A DNA stretch of 64,000 nt from an uncultured Methanosarcinales archaeon (GTDB taxonomy: Archaea; Nanobdellota; Nanobdellia; Woesearchaeales; CAZYIM01): assembly GCA_964647565.1 (NCBI GenBank), contig CAZYIM010000007.1, forward strand, positions 1 through 64,000. The letters are read 5' to 3'. The translations under genes and the position numbers were made by a program. Numbering within the stretch: the stretch's first letter is position 1; each line of letters starts with the position of its first letter. The notes beneath the pieces were generated by a model. The model did not search any database and was not told the origin of the DNA. It saw only the letters and a program-made list of their open reading frames with translations. Positions 8,246-17,677 of the stretch are shown piece after piece.

Positions 8246-8973
8246 GCATTATAGGTTTTGGCAGGTTTGGAGAGTTATTGGTCAAAAACCTGATAGATGA
8301 TTTTGATGTTTTTGTTTATGACAAGGAAGACAAAGTATCCCTAATAGAGTCTTTTGGAGCAAAACCTATAGGCCTTAAAGAGATCTGCCAGAAGGATATT
8401 GTAATCCCAAGCGTTCCAATATCTAATTTTAAATCGGTTATTGAACAGATTGCAGATAAGATTAAGGACGGCGCTTTGGTCATGGATGTCTGTTCAGTAA
8501 AGGAGTATCCTGCTAACTGCATGAAAGAGCTGCTTCCAACAACAGTAGGGATTTTGGCAACACATCCCATGTTTGGTCCAGATAGTGCTGCAAAAAGTGT
8601 AACTGGTAGGAAGATGGTCCTCTGCCCAATACGTATTGACGACAAATTATATAGCCAAGTGAAGGAGTACCTTGCAGGTAAACAGCTACATCTAATTGAG
8701 ATGACTGCACAAGAGCATGACAAGCAGGTTGCAGAATCACAATTGTTAACTCATTTTGTTGGCAGGTCCTTAATAGAATTTTGTCCTGAGAATGTTGAGA
8801 TTGGCACAGAAGGATACGCAAGGTTAAAGAACATACTTGGAGTTGTGCAGAATGATAGCTGGCAATTATTCGAGGATATGAATAACTATAATCGTTTTGC
8901 AAAGCAAGTCAGGAAGAGATTCCTGGATGCAGCTGAATGGGTTGATAAAAAGGTTAAAAAGGACAGAAAATAA
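8236..8973 (+). CDS. tyrA: Prephenate/arogenate dehydrogenase
   Basis: GFGRFG Rossmann motif, DVCSVK, THPMFGP and EHD...SQ.LTH. Confidence 0.9.
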   Translation: MEIGIIGFGRFGELLVKNLIDDFDVFVYDKEDKVSLIESFGAKPIGLKEICQKDIVIPSVPISNFKSVIEQIADKIKDGALVMDVCSVKEYPANCMKELLPTTVGILATHPMFGPDSAAKSVTGRKMVLCPIRIDDKLYSQVKEYLAGKQLHLIEMTAQEHDKQVAESQLLTHFVGRSLIEFCPENVEIGTEGYARLKNILGVVQNDSWQLFEDMNNYNRFAKQVRKRFLDAAEWVDKKVKKDRK

Positions 8974-9036
8974 TCTTCTCGCACTTTTTAAAATCCATCC
9001 AAACGTTTTTATAATAGTTCTATATTTGTTTAGTTT

Positions 9037-10122
9037 ATGATCAAGCTACCGAAGTTCAAGATCAGGGATCTAGAGATCAATCTTATACAGGGAGGTATGG
9101 GCGTTGGTATTTCTGGCAGTAAGCTTGCAAGTGCTGTTGCAAACTGCGGCGGTGCTGGAATCATTGCCAGTGTCGGACTCGGAGGATTGAAGAACTATCC
9201 TGGGAATTATATTAAGGCAAACAAGGACGCCCTGCGTGATGAGATTCGGGCTGCAAGAAAGATGTCTAATGGAGTCTTCGGCGTCAATATAATGACTGTC
9301 CTGACAGATTATATGCACTTGGTCGAGACTGCTGCCGAGGAAAAAGTCGATATGATAATTTCAGGGGCAGGCATTGCCAGAGACCTTCCAAAACTAGTCG
9401 GAAATAAGGATATAAGCTTAGTACCCATTGTTTCAGATGTAAAGGTTGCAAGATTAATAACCAGGGCATGGAGCAAATATAATAAGGCTCCAGACGCATT
9501 CATCGTAGAGGGTCCAAAGGCAGGTGGGCATCTGGCATATAAATATGAGGATCTGGTTAACAATACAGCGCCTCGTCTAGAGGGTCTTGCCAAAGATGTG
9601 ATTGATTTTGCAAACCATGCTGATAATTTCCCCAGCCCTGTGCCTGTAATAGTTGCAGGAGGCATATATACTGGAAAGGATATTGCCTATCACCAAAGAC
9701 TCGGGGCTGCAGGGGTTCAGATGGCAACGAGATTTGTGACAACACAGGAATGTGATGCAAATGAGAAGTTCAAACGACAGTATCTTGATGCGACTAAAGA
9801 GGACATACTTATCATCAGGAGTCCTGTGGGCCTGCCTGGAAGAGCCATAAGAACTCCCTTTTTAGATAGGGTCATGGAAGGTGAAGAGATCAAGTTCAGA
9901 TGCAATTACAAATGTCTTAGATCGTGTAGTCCAAAAGAATCCCCCTATTGTATTGCAGAAGCATTGGTTGATGCACAACAGGGCGATTTTTACAGGGGTT
10001 TTGCATTTGCTGGCTCAAATGCCTATAAGAGCACAAAAAAGTCCTGCCTTGATGAATCTGGGAATTTTATCACTGTCAAGACATTGATGCAAAGACTTTC
10101 TGATGAATATCATGCAGCCTGA
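9037..10122 (+). CDS. Nitronate monooxygenase/FabK-family flavin oxidoreductase
   Basis: IQGGMGVG, VEGPKAGGH, AGGI, GVQMATRF and SPVGLPGRA motifs, plus a Cys cluster. Confidence 0.9.
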   Translation: MIKLPKFKIRDLEINLIQGGMGVGISGSKLASAVANCGGAGIIASVGLGGLKNYPGNYIKANKDALRDEIRAARKMSNGVFGVNIMTVLTDYMHLVETAAEEKVDMIISGAGIARDLPKLVGNKDISLVPIVSDVKVARLITRAWSKYNKAPDAFIVEGPKAGGHLAYKYEDLVNNTAPRLEGLAKDVIDFANHADNFPSPVPVIVAGGIYTGKDIAYHQRLGAAGVQMATRFVTTQECDANEKFKRQYLDATKEDILIIRSPVGLPGRAIRTPFLDRVMEGEEIKFRCNYKCLRSCSPKESPYCIAEALVDAQQGDFYRGFAFAGSNAYKSTKKSCLDESGNFITVKTLMQRLSDEYHAA

Positions 10123-10163
10123 TTGTCTGTAGATATTTTGATTTTTCTTGAAAATAAAAAAAA

Positions 10164-10571
10164 TCAATTATTAAGTTGGAGTTTATTTAAGTACTCTCTG
10201 CCTTTTTCTCTTATTGCAAGAGATCTCCCAATAGCATCTGCTGTAATATCCATGATCCTGACAGACTCGATAGTTGAGTTCAATACTTGACTATAAGTTA
10301 TTTCGCCGCCTGCTTTGCATGCGTCTTCTATTCTTTGTTGTTCATTATCAAGTTGTACCTTTGTTTTCTCAAAATATTCAATAAGGGCATCATACAACTC
10401 TGTATTTTGTACACCTGCTTCAATTAATTCCCCTCTCATCTTAACCAATGCATTATATTCACGATCTAAAACGCGACCATGCATCTCAATTGAATTATCT
10501 TCGTTTTGAGCTTCAGATACTTCGATTGTAGTGTCTAAACCAGTTTGTCTTTTTTTATTCCAAAACATCAT
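10164..10571 (-). CDS. Hypothetical helical protein, partial paralog of 4333-4998
   Basis: EYNALVKMRGELIEAGVQNTELYDALI segment and shared leader. Confidence 0.75.
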   Translation of the reverse strand: MMFWNKKRQTGLDTTIEVSEAQNEDNSIEMHGRVLDREYNALVKMRGELIEAGVQNTELYDALIEYFEKTKVQLDNEQQRIEDACKAGGEITYSQVLNSTIESVRIMDITADAIGRSLAIREKGREYLNKLQLNN

Positions 10572-10643
10572 TTTATCGACCTCTTATATGTTTGTTATGC
10601 ACCTTTTTAAGGGCAGTCACAGGGTTTTTTAACCCTTTATAAA
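10569..10643 (-). repeat. Promoter/5' leader repeat, copy 2
   Basis: About 85% identical to 4996-5071. Confidence 0.85.
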
Positions 10644-10717
10644 AGTTATTATTTTAACTCCTTACAAGTAGTAAATAATCGAAACCTTTATAAACTAGTA
10701 AATCAATAAATGCTCTT

Positions 10718-11185
10718 ATGGAAACAAGAGTAATTAAAGGACCTTTAGCAGAGAGAGTTATTCAGGATTTCATAACAATATTTGCAGAGGATCTGACAGA
10801 GAGGTTTTCAGATGATGACCTGTATCACGGCCACGCTGTCTATGAAAAACCGACCAGAATAGAAGATTATTGTATGTCTGAATCTGATATTCAGAATGTA
10901 ATAGGAGATCCATCAAAATTAACAATTCTTTATCATGCACTGGAATTACAAAACCGACACCCAAAATATCCATACAGCAACATAGTAAGCACATCCTGCT
11001 TCATCATACAGTTAGACAAACAAGTTAAAGATCGTTTGCTGATTAGTGATGTCAACGAGCTTGGTAAAATGAGAAAATGGAGCCCATTCCAACTAAATGT
11101 AGTTAAAGCATCCGACGGCATATATACAGTGCAAAATACAAGAGTGAACGTAGAGATGACAATAATGACCGATATACGGAGTTAA
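10718..11185 (+). CDS. Hypothetical protein
   Basis: BRE-TATA (cgaaacctttataaa) lies about 25 nt upstream of the ATG. Confidence 0.7.
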   Translation: METRVIKGPLAERVIQDFITIFAEDLTERFSDDDLYHGHAVYEKPTRIEDYCMSESDIQNVIGDPSKLTILYHALELQNRHPKYPYSNIVSTSCFIIQLDKQVKDRLLISDVNELGKMRKWSPFQLNVVKASDGIYTVQNTRVNVEMTIMTDIRS

Positions 11186-11188
11186 AAA

Positions 11189-11857
11189 ATGCGTAAACTA
11201 ATCCACGTCCCATTGGTGCACGATCCCTGGTCAGAATACGAGCCTAATCTATTGATAGATTCTATAGGATCAAATCCAGACCAAACCCTGGTGAAACAGT
11301 TCAGGGAAGGGCTAAAACAATATTGGGATAAAGTCGACAAACGCCTTGCTACAGAGACAGTACACAGGATCTACCAGGATAGCTGCTATGATTTCTGCGG
11401 TCTGGATCATTACTTGCACCTATATAGGATTTCTAAAAAATCAAGGAATTTTGCCGCCATATGTTCTCTTCTCGACAGGGGTTCTGACCTGATGATAACT
11501 GAGTCCAATGAAGCAAAGAAATTAGATTATCTAGAGGATGACCCACAGGAGAAACATCAATATAGAGACTGGTTTGTTGCAAAAAACTTAAATTACACAT
11601 TACAAGATGGGGAAACCGGAGTTCTATTTATGGGACATAAGCATAAAGCTGCCCAGATCATTAAGGAAATGCACCCGTCAATCAATATTGAGAACATTAA
11701 CGGAGATCTTAATCATCTGATGAATATCTTTAAGACTTTGGAAGCAAACTATCAAGAAAACAAGGCTCAAGTCTTAAAAAATTATAATGCTGTCCAAGCA
11801 GGCAAGAATAAGATAGTTGTTCCACAAAGGGAAAAAATTCTAATTCAGGTTCCATAG
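11189..11857 (+). CDS. Hypothetical protein, possibly TraB/EreA-ChaN-like fold
   Basis: LIHVPLVH...YQDS...RD..VA...GVLFMGHKH pattern. Confidence 0.55.
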   Translation: MRKLIHVPLVHDPWSEYEPNLLIDSIGSNPDQTLVKQFREGLKQYWDKVDKRLATETVHRIYQDSCYDFCGLDHYLHLYRISKKSRNFAAICSLLDRGSDLMITESNEAKKLDYLEDDPQEKHQYRDWFVAKNLNYTLQDGETGVLFMGHKHKAAQIIKEMHPSINIENINGDLNHLMNIFKTLEANYQENKAQVLKNYNAVQAGKNKIVVPQREKILIQVP

Positions 11858-12556
11858 TACTGTCCAATACTTATCATATGAATCTGCAGCAATCTTGTTG
11901 TGGATAAGTATGCCTATTGGTTTTTCTGTCCATAATATGATACCAATCTTGTCATTCCTGATTATGGTCTCTGTCAACGGCTCAAAACCCATCTTAGTGA
12001 ACTTGTATTCTGTCCGGGGATAGAGGTTGATATCACACCACTCTTTCAACGACTCATTGAAAAGCAGTTTAGCCTTTATTCCTTTTGCAGCCCGTTTCTT
12101 ATGATAGCTTATCCAGAATGCATCACCCATCATAAGCGAGTTCTTGGAGGAGCCAAAGGTGTGATGTTCTTTTCCTCCAGCATCCAAGAGCACGTGCAAT
12201 AACTCCCTTATGCCCTTTATGCCTTTGAAAGTGACCACTTCAGATCTCTCTTTGGCCATCTGCTGTTTTAACATCAATTCCGGCAAAAGTTCCTCATACT
12301 GTTTTTTCTTCTCATCAATATAGTCAGAGATATGCTTAGGATCAGCCGCCTGGTAGTGATTTCTTTGGCCTTCCTTGATAAATGAGACAAATCCCTTATT
12401 GACCATCTTATTGAGGGTCATATGTACTACAGAGCTTTGCAGTCCAGACTTCTCGATTATGGGTCCTGCTGTACTCAAACCAAGCTCCAACAAAGCCAGA
12501 TATATCTTGATCTCAGCGTTTGAAAAACCCAGGTCTTCTAGTATTTGAGTTTCCAT
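11840..12556 (-). CDS. TrmB-family transcriptional regulator
   Basis: LEDLGFSNAEIKIYLALLELG wHTH, plus a C-terminal effector domain (FKGIKGI...DKIGIILW). Confidence 0.9.
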   Translation of the reverse strand: METQILEDLGFSNAEIKIYLALLELGLSTAGPIIEKSGLQSSVVHMTLNKMVNKGFVSFIKEGQRNHYQAADPKHISDYIDEKKKQYEELLPELMLKQQMAKERSEVVTFKGIKGIRELLHVLLDAGGKEHHTFGSSKNSLMMGDAFWISYHKKRAAKGIKAKLLFNESLKEWCDINLYPRTEYKFTKMGFEPLTETIIRNDKIGIILWTEKPIGILIHNKIAADSYDKYWTVLWNLN

Positions 12557-12673
12557 GAATAACCATTACAACCCCCATTATATAAATCTTTCTTTTTCTC
12601 CTCCATTTTTGGAGAGTAAATATTTAAATACTAATAACACTTAATAGTAGTAACATAAAAGGAGGTAAATAAA

Positions 12674-13249
12674 ATGGAAGAAAACCCAAAAGAATACATC
12701 ATGTCTGTTTTTGAAGCAGCAGAAAGAATGTCTGCCCCAAAAAATGAAGCTGCATTTGATGATGCAAAATATTTTAAAGGCAACACGGAAGATAAAGATC
12801 GAATTATTCATCTCAAAGGGAAATTTATCGTCAGACCTGAAGAGGCCTACGAACACGTAAAGCCCCAAAAGATGTTCAATCTTAATCTAGATGCTGCTGT
12901 TCAAGTTAGTTTCAACCAGAAATTTAAGATATCCCATCACGGCAGTGCCAGTTGGGCAGATCTCGAAACCTATGCATATGAGGACCTGCCAACATTACAA
13001 GAAGTCCATGCGCTGTATGCACAAGATGAGACTTTAAGATCAACAGATCTTGTCTCAAGAAGCACAATCAGTAAAAATAGCAGAGCCCTTTGTGGTGCAA
13101 ACTTCATAGAAAGAAATGCTCAATGGCTCAAGGACTGGAAAATGCAGGCAAAGGAAGATGCATGGTACACCGGAATAAATCTTTACGGCATGAATCACTT
13201 TGTAAGAACACACAGCAACATCTATGTCTTAAGGCGCATAGGTAATTAA
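12674..13249 (+). CDS. Hypothetical protein with DUF1566/C-type-lectin-like C-terminus
   Basis: SWAD...LPTLQEVHALY...AW.....G.....N.YVLRR resembles the DUF1566 layout; GGAGGT RBS. Confidence 0.45.
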   Translation: MEENPKEYIMSVFEAAERMSAPKNEAAFDDAKYFKGNTEDKDRIIHLKGKFIVRPEEAYEHVKPQKMFNLNLDAAVQVSFNQKFKISHHGSASWADLETYAYEDLPTLQEVHALYAQDETLRSTDLVSRSTISKNSRALCGANFIERNAQWLKDWKMQAKEDAWYTGINLYGMNHFVRTHSNIYVLRRIGN

Positions 13250-13292
13250 TTATTTTTTATTTTTTTATATTAACAACAAAGAGGTGAATAAA

Positions 13293-13859
13293 ATGAACAA
13301 AGAAATAATAACTATATTTGATTCGTTAGGCACAGTACAAGGATACAAAGGTGCAGAACCTGCAAAACACAAGGAATTCTATCTGGGAAAAGTTGCAGAA
13401 GAGCACAATATGCAGGTCGAAGAGATGCTAAAACATGTTCCTGCAGAGACCTATCTTCAATGGACAGCAGAGATGATACATAACAGGCAATTGACACCCA
13501 CAATATTACCAGGAGCAGGTAAGCTTATCCAGAGCTATAGAGACAATGGGATCAGGCCAGTAATCGTGACAGCAGACATTCCAGAAGCTGCCATGTTGAC
13601 AAGCGATCCGCTTGTAAAAGCAGGATTGATCAATAAAGAGGATGTATATGCAATATTAGATCTAGGAAGCAAGAAAGAGAGTTCAACATGGAAGAAAGCA
13701 AAAGGATTGTACTTCCCATCAGGATTGGTCAAGTCAGTTTACGAAGACACTCCTGCAAACCTGGACGGAGCTATCCAAGCATATTCAGGAAACACCAACT
13801 TTGCAGGATATCTTGTCAATGAAGACAGAAACGGAATAGTATACAACAGGAGGAATTAA
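13293..13859 (+). CDS. HAD-superfamily hydrolase-like protein
   Basis: IFDSLGT (motif I), IVTA (II), K (III) and YEDTPANL (IV). Start placed behind a GAGGTG RBS. Confidence 0.7.
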   Translation: MNKEIITIFDSLGTVQGYKGAEPAKHKEFYLGKVAEEHNMQVEEMLKHVPAETYLQWTAEMIHNRQLTPTILPGAGKLIQSYRDNGIRPVIVTADIPEAAMLTSDPLVKAGLINKEDVYAILDLGSKKESSTWKKAKGLYFPSGLVKSVYEDTPANLDGAIQAYSGNTNFAGYLVNEDRNGIVYNRRN

Positions 13860-13860
13860 A

Positions 13861-14904
13861 ATGAACGATTGGATAAAACATTGGGCAGGCGGTTGGAGTA
13901 TACTCACATCAACATATCTTGGAGAGCAATACACCCAATTGCTAAAAGAGACGCTGGGCCATTCCCTGAACTTATCTTTATTTGTCTCTAAAAAAGGCTT
14001 CACAACATGCTCCTTAGAAAAAGAGGATCACCACAGGTTTGGAACTGTTATGGCAGAAAAAATCATCCAGGACCAGGACAAAGCAAAGGAATGGAGCATT
14101 GAACTAAAGGCAAAGACAGATATAGTGTTGAAGTTGATAAGCCAACTGAAAGGTATAAGAATCTCAAGGGAAGATTACAACAAGTTTATTGAAGCAATGC
14201 TGGATTACGGCTCACCACACAGGGCTGTGAAGATTGCTGTTGATTTTTTGCCAGCAGAGATACTGGAGAAACACTTGCCAGTACTTAGTGAAGCAAGAGT
14301 CTATGCAGAGCCAGTCTATGAAAAGACTGAAGAATTCATGCAGAAGTTCGCAGCACAGCTAAGCCAGGTAACAAACTATGCCCAAGAACTCATCCTTGCA
14401 ATGACCAAAGATGAGATTGAGCTTTATCTAGAAAAAGGAAAATTGCCAAGTAAAAGCAGTTTAGAAGAGAGATTCAAGGCAGCTGCAATCGTATTTGAGT
14501 CTGGAAAATATCAAGTCCTGACAGGAAAAGACGTATTGGAATTGGAAAACCAGATCGAAGCCAAGCTTCTTCAAAATAGCCAGATCAAAGGCTCAACTGC
14601 CTATCCAGGAAAAGTCGTTGGAAAAGTAAGGATCATAATGAAAGCAGACCAAGAAAAAGAGTTCAATCCAGGAGACATCCTAGTCTCAGGCATGACACGG
14701 CCTGAATTCCAGCACCTTTTTGAGAAAGCAGGAGCAGTTGTGACCAATGCAGGCGGAATCCTATGCCATGCAGCAATTGTTGCTAGAGAGATGAAAAAGC
14801 CCTGTATAGTTGGAACAGAGATAGCAACCAAAGTGCTAAAGGACGGCGATATGATAGAAGTGGATGCAGATAACGGGATTGTAAGAAAAGGGGATAAGAA
14901 ATAA
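13861..14904 (+). CDS. PEP-utilising enzyme mobile (His swivel) domain protein
   Basis: GDILV..MTRP...GGILCHAAIVAREMKKPCIVG...GDMIEVDADNG; no ATP-grasp domain. Confidence 0.9.
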   Translation: MNDWIKHWAGGWSILTSTYLGEQYTQLLKETLGHSLNLSLFVSKKGFTTCSLEKEDHHRFGTVMAEKIIQDQDKAKEWSIELKAKTDIVLKLISQLKGIRISREDYNKFIEAMLDYGSPHRAVKIAVDFLPAEILEKHLPVLSEARVYAEPVYEKTEEFMQKFAAQLSQVTNYAQELILAMTKDEIELYLEKGKLPSKSSLEERFKAAAIVFESGKYQVLTGKDVLELENQIEAKLLQNSQIKGSTAYPGKVVGKVRIIMKADQEKEFNPGDILVSGMTRPEFQHLFEKAGAVVTNAGGILCHAAIVAREMKKPCIVGTEIATKVLKDGDMIEVDADNGIVRKGDKK

Positions 14905-14961
14905 TAAAAGAAATCAATTGTTCAATTTGAGAATATCCAGATAGTCCCTTTGATTAGTTTC

Positions 14962-15258
14962 TTAGTGCCTCTTATTATATGCAGCATCATGGCGTCCGAA
15001 GTCTATCACGTTAACGGTTCTTTTCATATGATCGATCTTGAATATCAACACAAAATGACCATTTATATGCACGCTATTGAGATTCTGAAGCGGTTTTCTC
15101 AAGAATTTATACTGATGATACGGATTCTGTCTAATAGCATCTAGTTTCTTATTGACTATTCTTAGAAGCCGCTTATTCTTCCCGCTCAACTTATAGAATA
15201 TCTTGTCTGCTTCGGGCTTGATATTGAGATCATAGCTTGTATCGTTTGGCAAAATCAT
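14962..15258 (-). CDS. RelE/ParE/YafQ-family toxin
   Basis: NPYHQYKFLRKPLQ...VHINGHFVLIF...HDAAY pattern. Confidence 0.8.
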   Translation of the reverse strand: MILPNDTSYDLNIKPEADKIFYKLSGKNKRLLRIVNKKLDAIRQNPYHQYKFLRKPLQNLNSVHINGHFVLIFKIDHMKRTVNVIDFGRHDAAYNKRH

Positions 15259-15460
15259 CGACCTTTATGCTTTTCTGCTTCTGTATCTGTTTTATCCTTT
15301 TTATGAATTCAGGTCGTAATTCCAGATCTTTTTCGGTGTCAATGTATTTGCTTACAACAAAGCTTATCGCCTCACCTTTATCTTTCAACTCGTATTTGGC
15401 CTTGACAGTATTCAACACTCGATTAGTGTTATCATCCAGTTGAACCAATGCTTGCACCAT
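15230..15460 (-). CDS. DUF2683-like antitoxin
   Basis: MVQALVQL...NRVLNTVKAKYELKDK...ELRPEFI signature. Confidence 0.8.
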   Translation of the reverse strand: MVQALVQLDDNTNRVLNTVKAKYELKDKGEAISFVVSKYIDTEKDLELRPEFIKRIKQIQKQKSIKVDDFAKRYKL

Positions 15461-15468
15461 ATTAGTCG

Positions 15469-15497
15469 AACTAAGTTTAACTAAGTTTATTAAGTTT
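15469..15497 (-). promoter_or_regulatory. Tandem operator repeats of TA promoter
   Basis: aactaagttt twice plus attaagttt (10-bp period) between TATA/BRE and the ATG. Confidence 0.6.
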
Positions 15498-15553
15498 TCG
15501 GTAATTCAGACGGAAAAGAAAATTTTATAAATCTCTACACCATTTATCTTTTC

Positions 15554-15814
15554 ATGCTTAAGTTCATCATGCGGTTGCTGGTAAGTTTCTTCTTCGGGGT
15601 ATGTCTGTTCATCATACTGACCATCTTCAGGGTGCCTTCTGGCTGGGCGTTTTTGTTCTCTGTCATTGTTTTATTCATCAGCCTGTTGGTAACCAAGCCA
15701 AAACTATCCAAACGAGAGAAATACAGGAAAAAGAGGATAAGAGCGTACTACCGCAGGAAATATGCTGAAGAAGAGTATAAGAGCGAGATGAAAAGGCACT
15801 ATAGGAATAAATAA
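15554..15814 (+). CDS. Small membrane protein (2 TM, basic tail)
   Basis: Two hydrophobic helices followed by a K/R-rich tail; TATA box upstream. Confidence 0.7.
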   Translation: MLKFIMRLLVSFFFGVCLFIILTIFRVPSGWAFLFSVIVLFISLLVTKPKLSKREKYRKKRIRAYYRRKYAEEEYKSEMKRHYRNK

Positions 15815-15816
15815 AC

Positions 15817-16059
15817 TCACTGTCCATCCTTATGATAAATGTCTAGAATAAGTATCTTATCATTTTTGGCTAAATAGGATAATCTGTATGGATGTATATA
15901 TAGCTCTCTTGTGCCTTTTCTGCTGTATCTCATTGGTTTGCCGATTTCTGGGTTTAGCTTAATTTTTTGTATCTGTCCTTTTATCCGATCCAGCATAGTT
16001 GGGTCCTTAATTCGCCTAATTTTTTTTATAAACAAGGCATTATATCTTAATCTCACCAT
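15817..16059 (-). CDS. RelE/ParE-family toxin
   Basis: NPEIGKPMRYSRKGTRELYI.PYRLSY...HKD pattern. Confidence 0.85.
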   Translation of the reverse strand: MVRLRYNALFIKKIRRIKDPTMLDRIKGQIQKIKLNPEIGKPMRYSRKGTRELYIHPYRLSYLAKNDKILILDIYHKDGQ

Positions 16060-16319
16060 TTCTCCATCTCTTTTATGAAATCATCAAATTCCATTTCAAT
16101 ATAATCTCCGCTTTCTATCTTCTCCAGGGCCTCATCAGTCCTTCGAGCAAACTCCAAGTCCTCTGCAAGCTGCAAGTCCAGTTTCGAAGCTTTCTTGATG
16201 ATCATTGTATCCTTTTTCTTGATAACCACCAACTTCTCGCCTATCTTGAAGTCCTTCCTAAGGTCATTGGGAATCACGATCTGTCCTTTTGTGCTCATTT
16301 TGGTTATACCTATATCCAT
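16053..16319 (-). CDS. AbrB/MazE-family antitoxin
   Basis: TKMSTKGQIVIP.DLR..F..GEKL; start placed at ATG 16319. Confidence 0.85.
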   Translation of the reverse strand: MDIGITKMSTKGQIVIPNDLRKDFKIGEKLVVIKKKDTMIIKKASKLDLQLAEDLEFARRTDEALEKIESGDYIEMEFDDFIKEMEKW

Positions 16320-16330
16320 AATTATCACCA

Positions 16331-16350
16331 AGGTAAGAAAAATCTTACCT
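16331..16350. promoter_or_regulatory. Perfect inverted-repeat operator of the AbrB-RelE pair
   Basis: AGGTAAGA-aaaa-TCTTACCT immediately downstream of the minus-strand TATA box. Confidence 0.7.
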
Positions 16351-16448
16351 ATTTAAAAATATTGTGATAACCTTGTTTGAATATTGATCATTAATATAGT
16401 TAATGCATGATTTAATGCAAATATTTCGAAAAGAAATAGCTCGAATCT

Positions 16449-17135
16449 CTATTGCCCATCAAAGTCTATCAGTCGAATCCTTTGGGGAGAAAGGTCTGCC
16501 AATCTATCATATAGATTATTCTCATATGAACCAAAGAAATGGAGATTGCCTGCAGGCACAACCATTGTTTTACCCTCACTCATCTTAACAAGTTCCCTGA
16601 TTCCGGGTTCCAATATATCATCAACTTGCTTTAGAGTATTCATACTTTTAGTATGATCTGGATTGACATAGGCATCTGTAACAATTTCTTGAAATTGCTC
16701 TATAGTCAATTCACGGATCTTATCTAAGAAGTCATCGGAAAATGTTCCGGGACTGCTCGAAATAGGTTGATATGCTTGACCACTAATCCGATTAAAAACA
16801 TCATCCTCAAAAAAAGGCACAATCTCCACTGGATGGTTTTGCTTATATTCATATGCCGTCCACATCTCATATCCCTGGATTGCCTGAAATTCAGCAACTA
16901 TATTTCTTTTCACTGGCTCTTCTTCGTCCAATGCAGAACTAATAACTTTCAGTATCCCACCATAAGCCTGTTTGAACATAAGATTCATTCTTCGCTCAAC
17001 CAACCTAGTAGCAATAAGCCCCTCAGAAGCCTCTAATCCAATAAAACTAGGTTTTTTATTTTCCAGGAATCTCTTCAGCCTTTCAGGCCCTTCCAAGTCC
17101 CAATGCACAGTGCCGACAAGGTATAGGTTTGACAT
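16449..17135 (-). CDS. TraB/TIKI-like fold hypothetical protein
   Basis: LYLVGTVH...IGLE...GYEM..A...VVPAGNLH pattern. Confidence 0.55.
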   Translation of the reverse strand: MSNLYLVGTVHWDLEGPERLKRFLENKKPSFIGLEASEGLIATRLVERRMNLMFKQAYGGILKVISSALDEEEPVKRNIVAEFQAIQGYEMWTAYEYKQNHPVEIVPFFEDDVFNRISGQAYQPISSSPGTFSDDFLDKIRELTIEQFQEIVTDAYVNPDHTKSMNTLKQVDDILEPGIRELVKMSEGKTMVVPAGNLHFFGSYENNLYDRLADLSPQRIRLIDFDGQ

Positions 17136-17257
17136 AAAAAACAAAAATCATTAAATCTTTATATACTTTTCCGACTTTTAAGTGGTAACTAACAAAAAGT
17201 TTATAAAATAACTCAACTTTACCCTCTAAGATTGGGCGAGATAGGAGGATAATTAAA

Positions 17258-17653
17258 ATGGAAAATGTTAAAGCATATGGCATGGAAAAATATCTACAGC
17301 TAAGCACATGGAAAACTGCCGAGAACAAAGGAAAAGTCAGTGATTGGATTGGAGGTATTCCTGCAAACGGAAAACGATTGGTATCAGATTATTTTGCACA
17401 GATAGCATTCCCAGGAGTCAAAACCTACAACAGAGTGGTCAGGTTAAAAAAAGTCGATGACGGCGTCAACGGCATGAATGTAATTGCAGATGTCTGCGAA
17501 TTTGATGGCCATGTCTTTTTGCATCTCAAACAAAACAAGAAAAAATTTGAAGCTTCAGGAAAGATATTCACAGGCAATCCTCATGTTGACACAGATTGGA
17601 TTCCTCTTGACAATGCCAAGCAATTATACCAGACTTTGGATAAATTAGTCTAA
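17258..17653 (+). CDS. Hypothetical protein
   Basis: AGGAGG RBS and a TATA box upstream. Confidence 0.7.
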   Translation: MENVKAYGMEKYLQLSTWKTAENKGKVSDWIGGIPANGKRLVSDYFAQIAFPGVKTYNRVVRLKKVDDGVNGMNVIADVCEFDGHVFLHLKQNKKKFEASGKIFTGNPHVDTDWIPLDNAKQLYQTLDKLV

Positions 17654-17677
17654 ACAAGCAGCATAATAGATTAAGTC

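Noticed and set aside
16380..16440. Short AT-rich inverted repeats
   Set aside because: Expected by chance in AT-rich spacer DNA, with no similarity to the other palindrome family.
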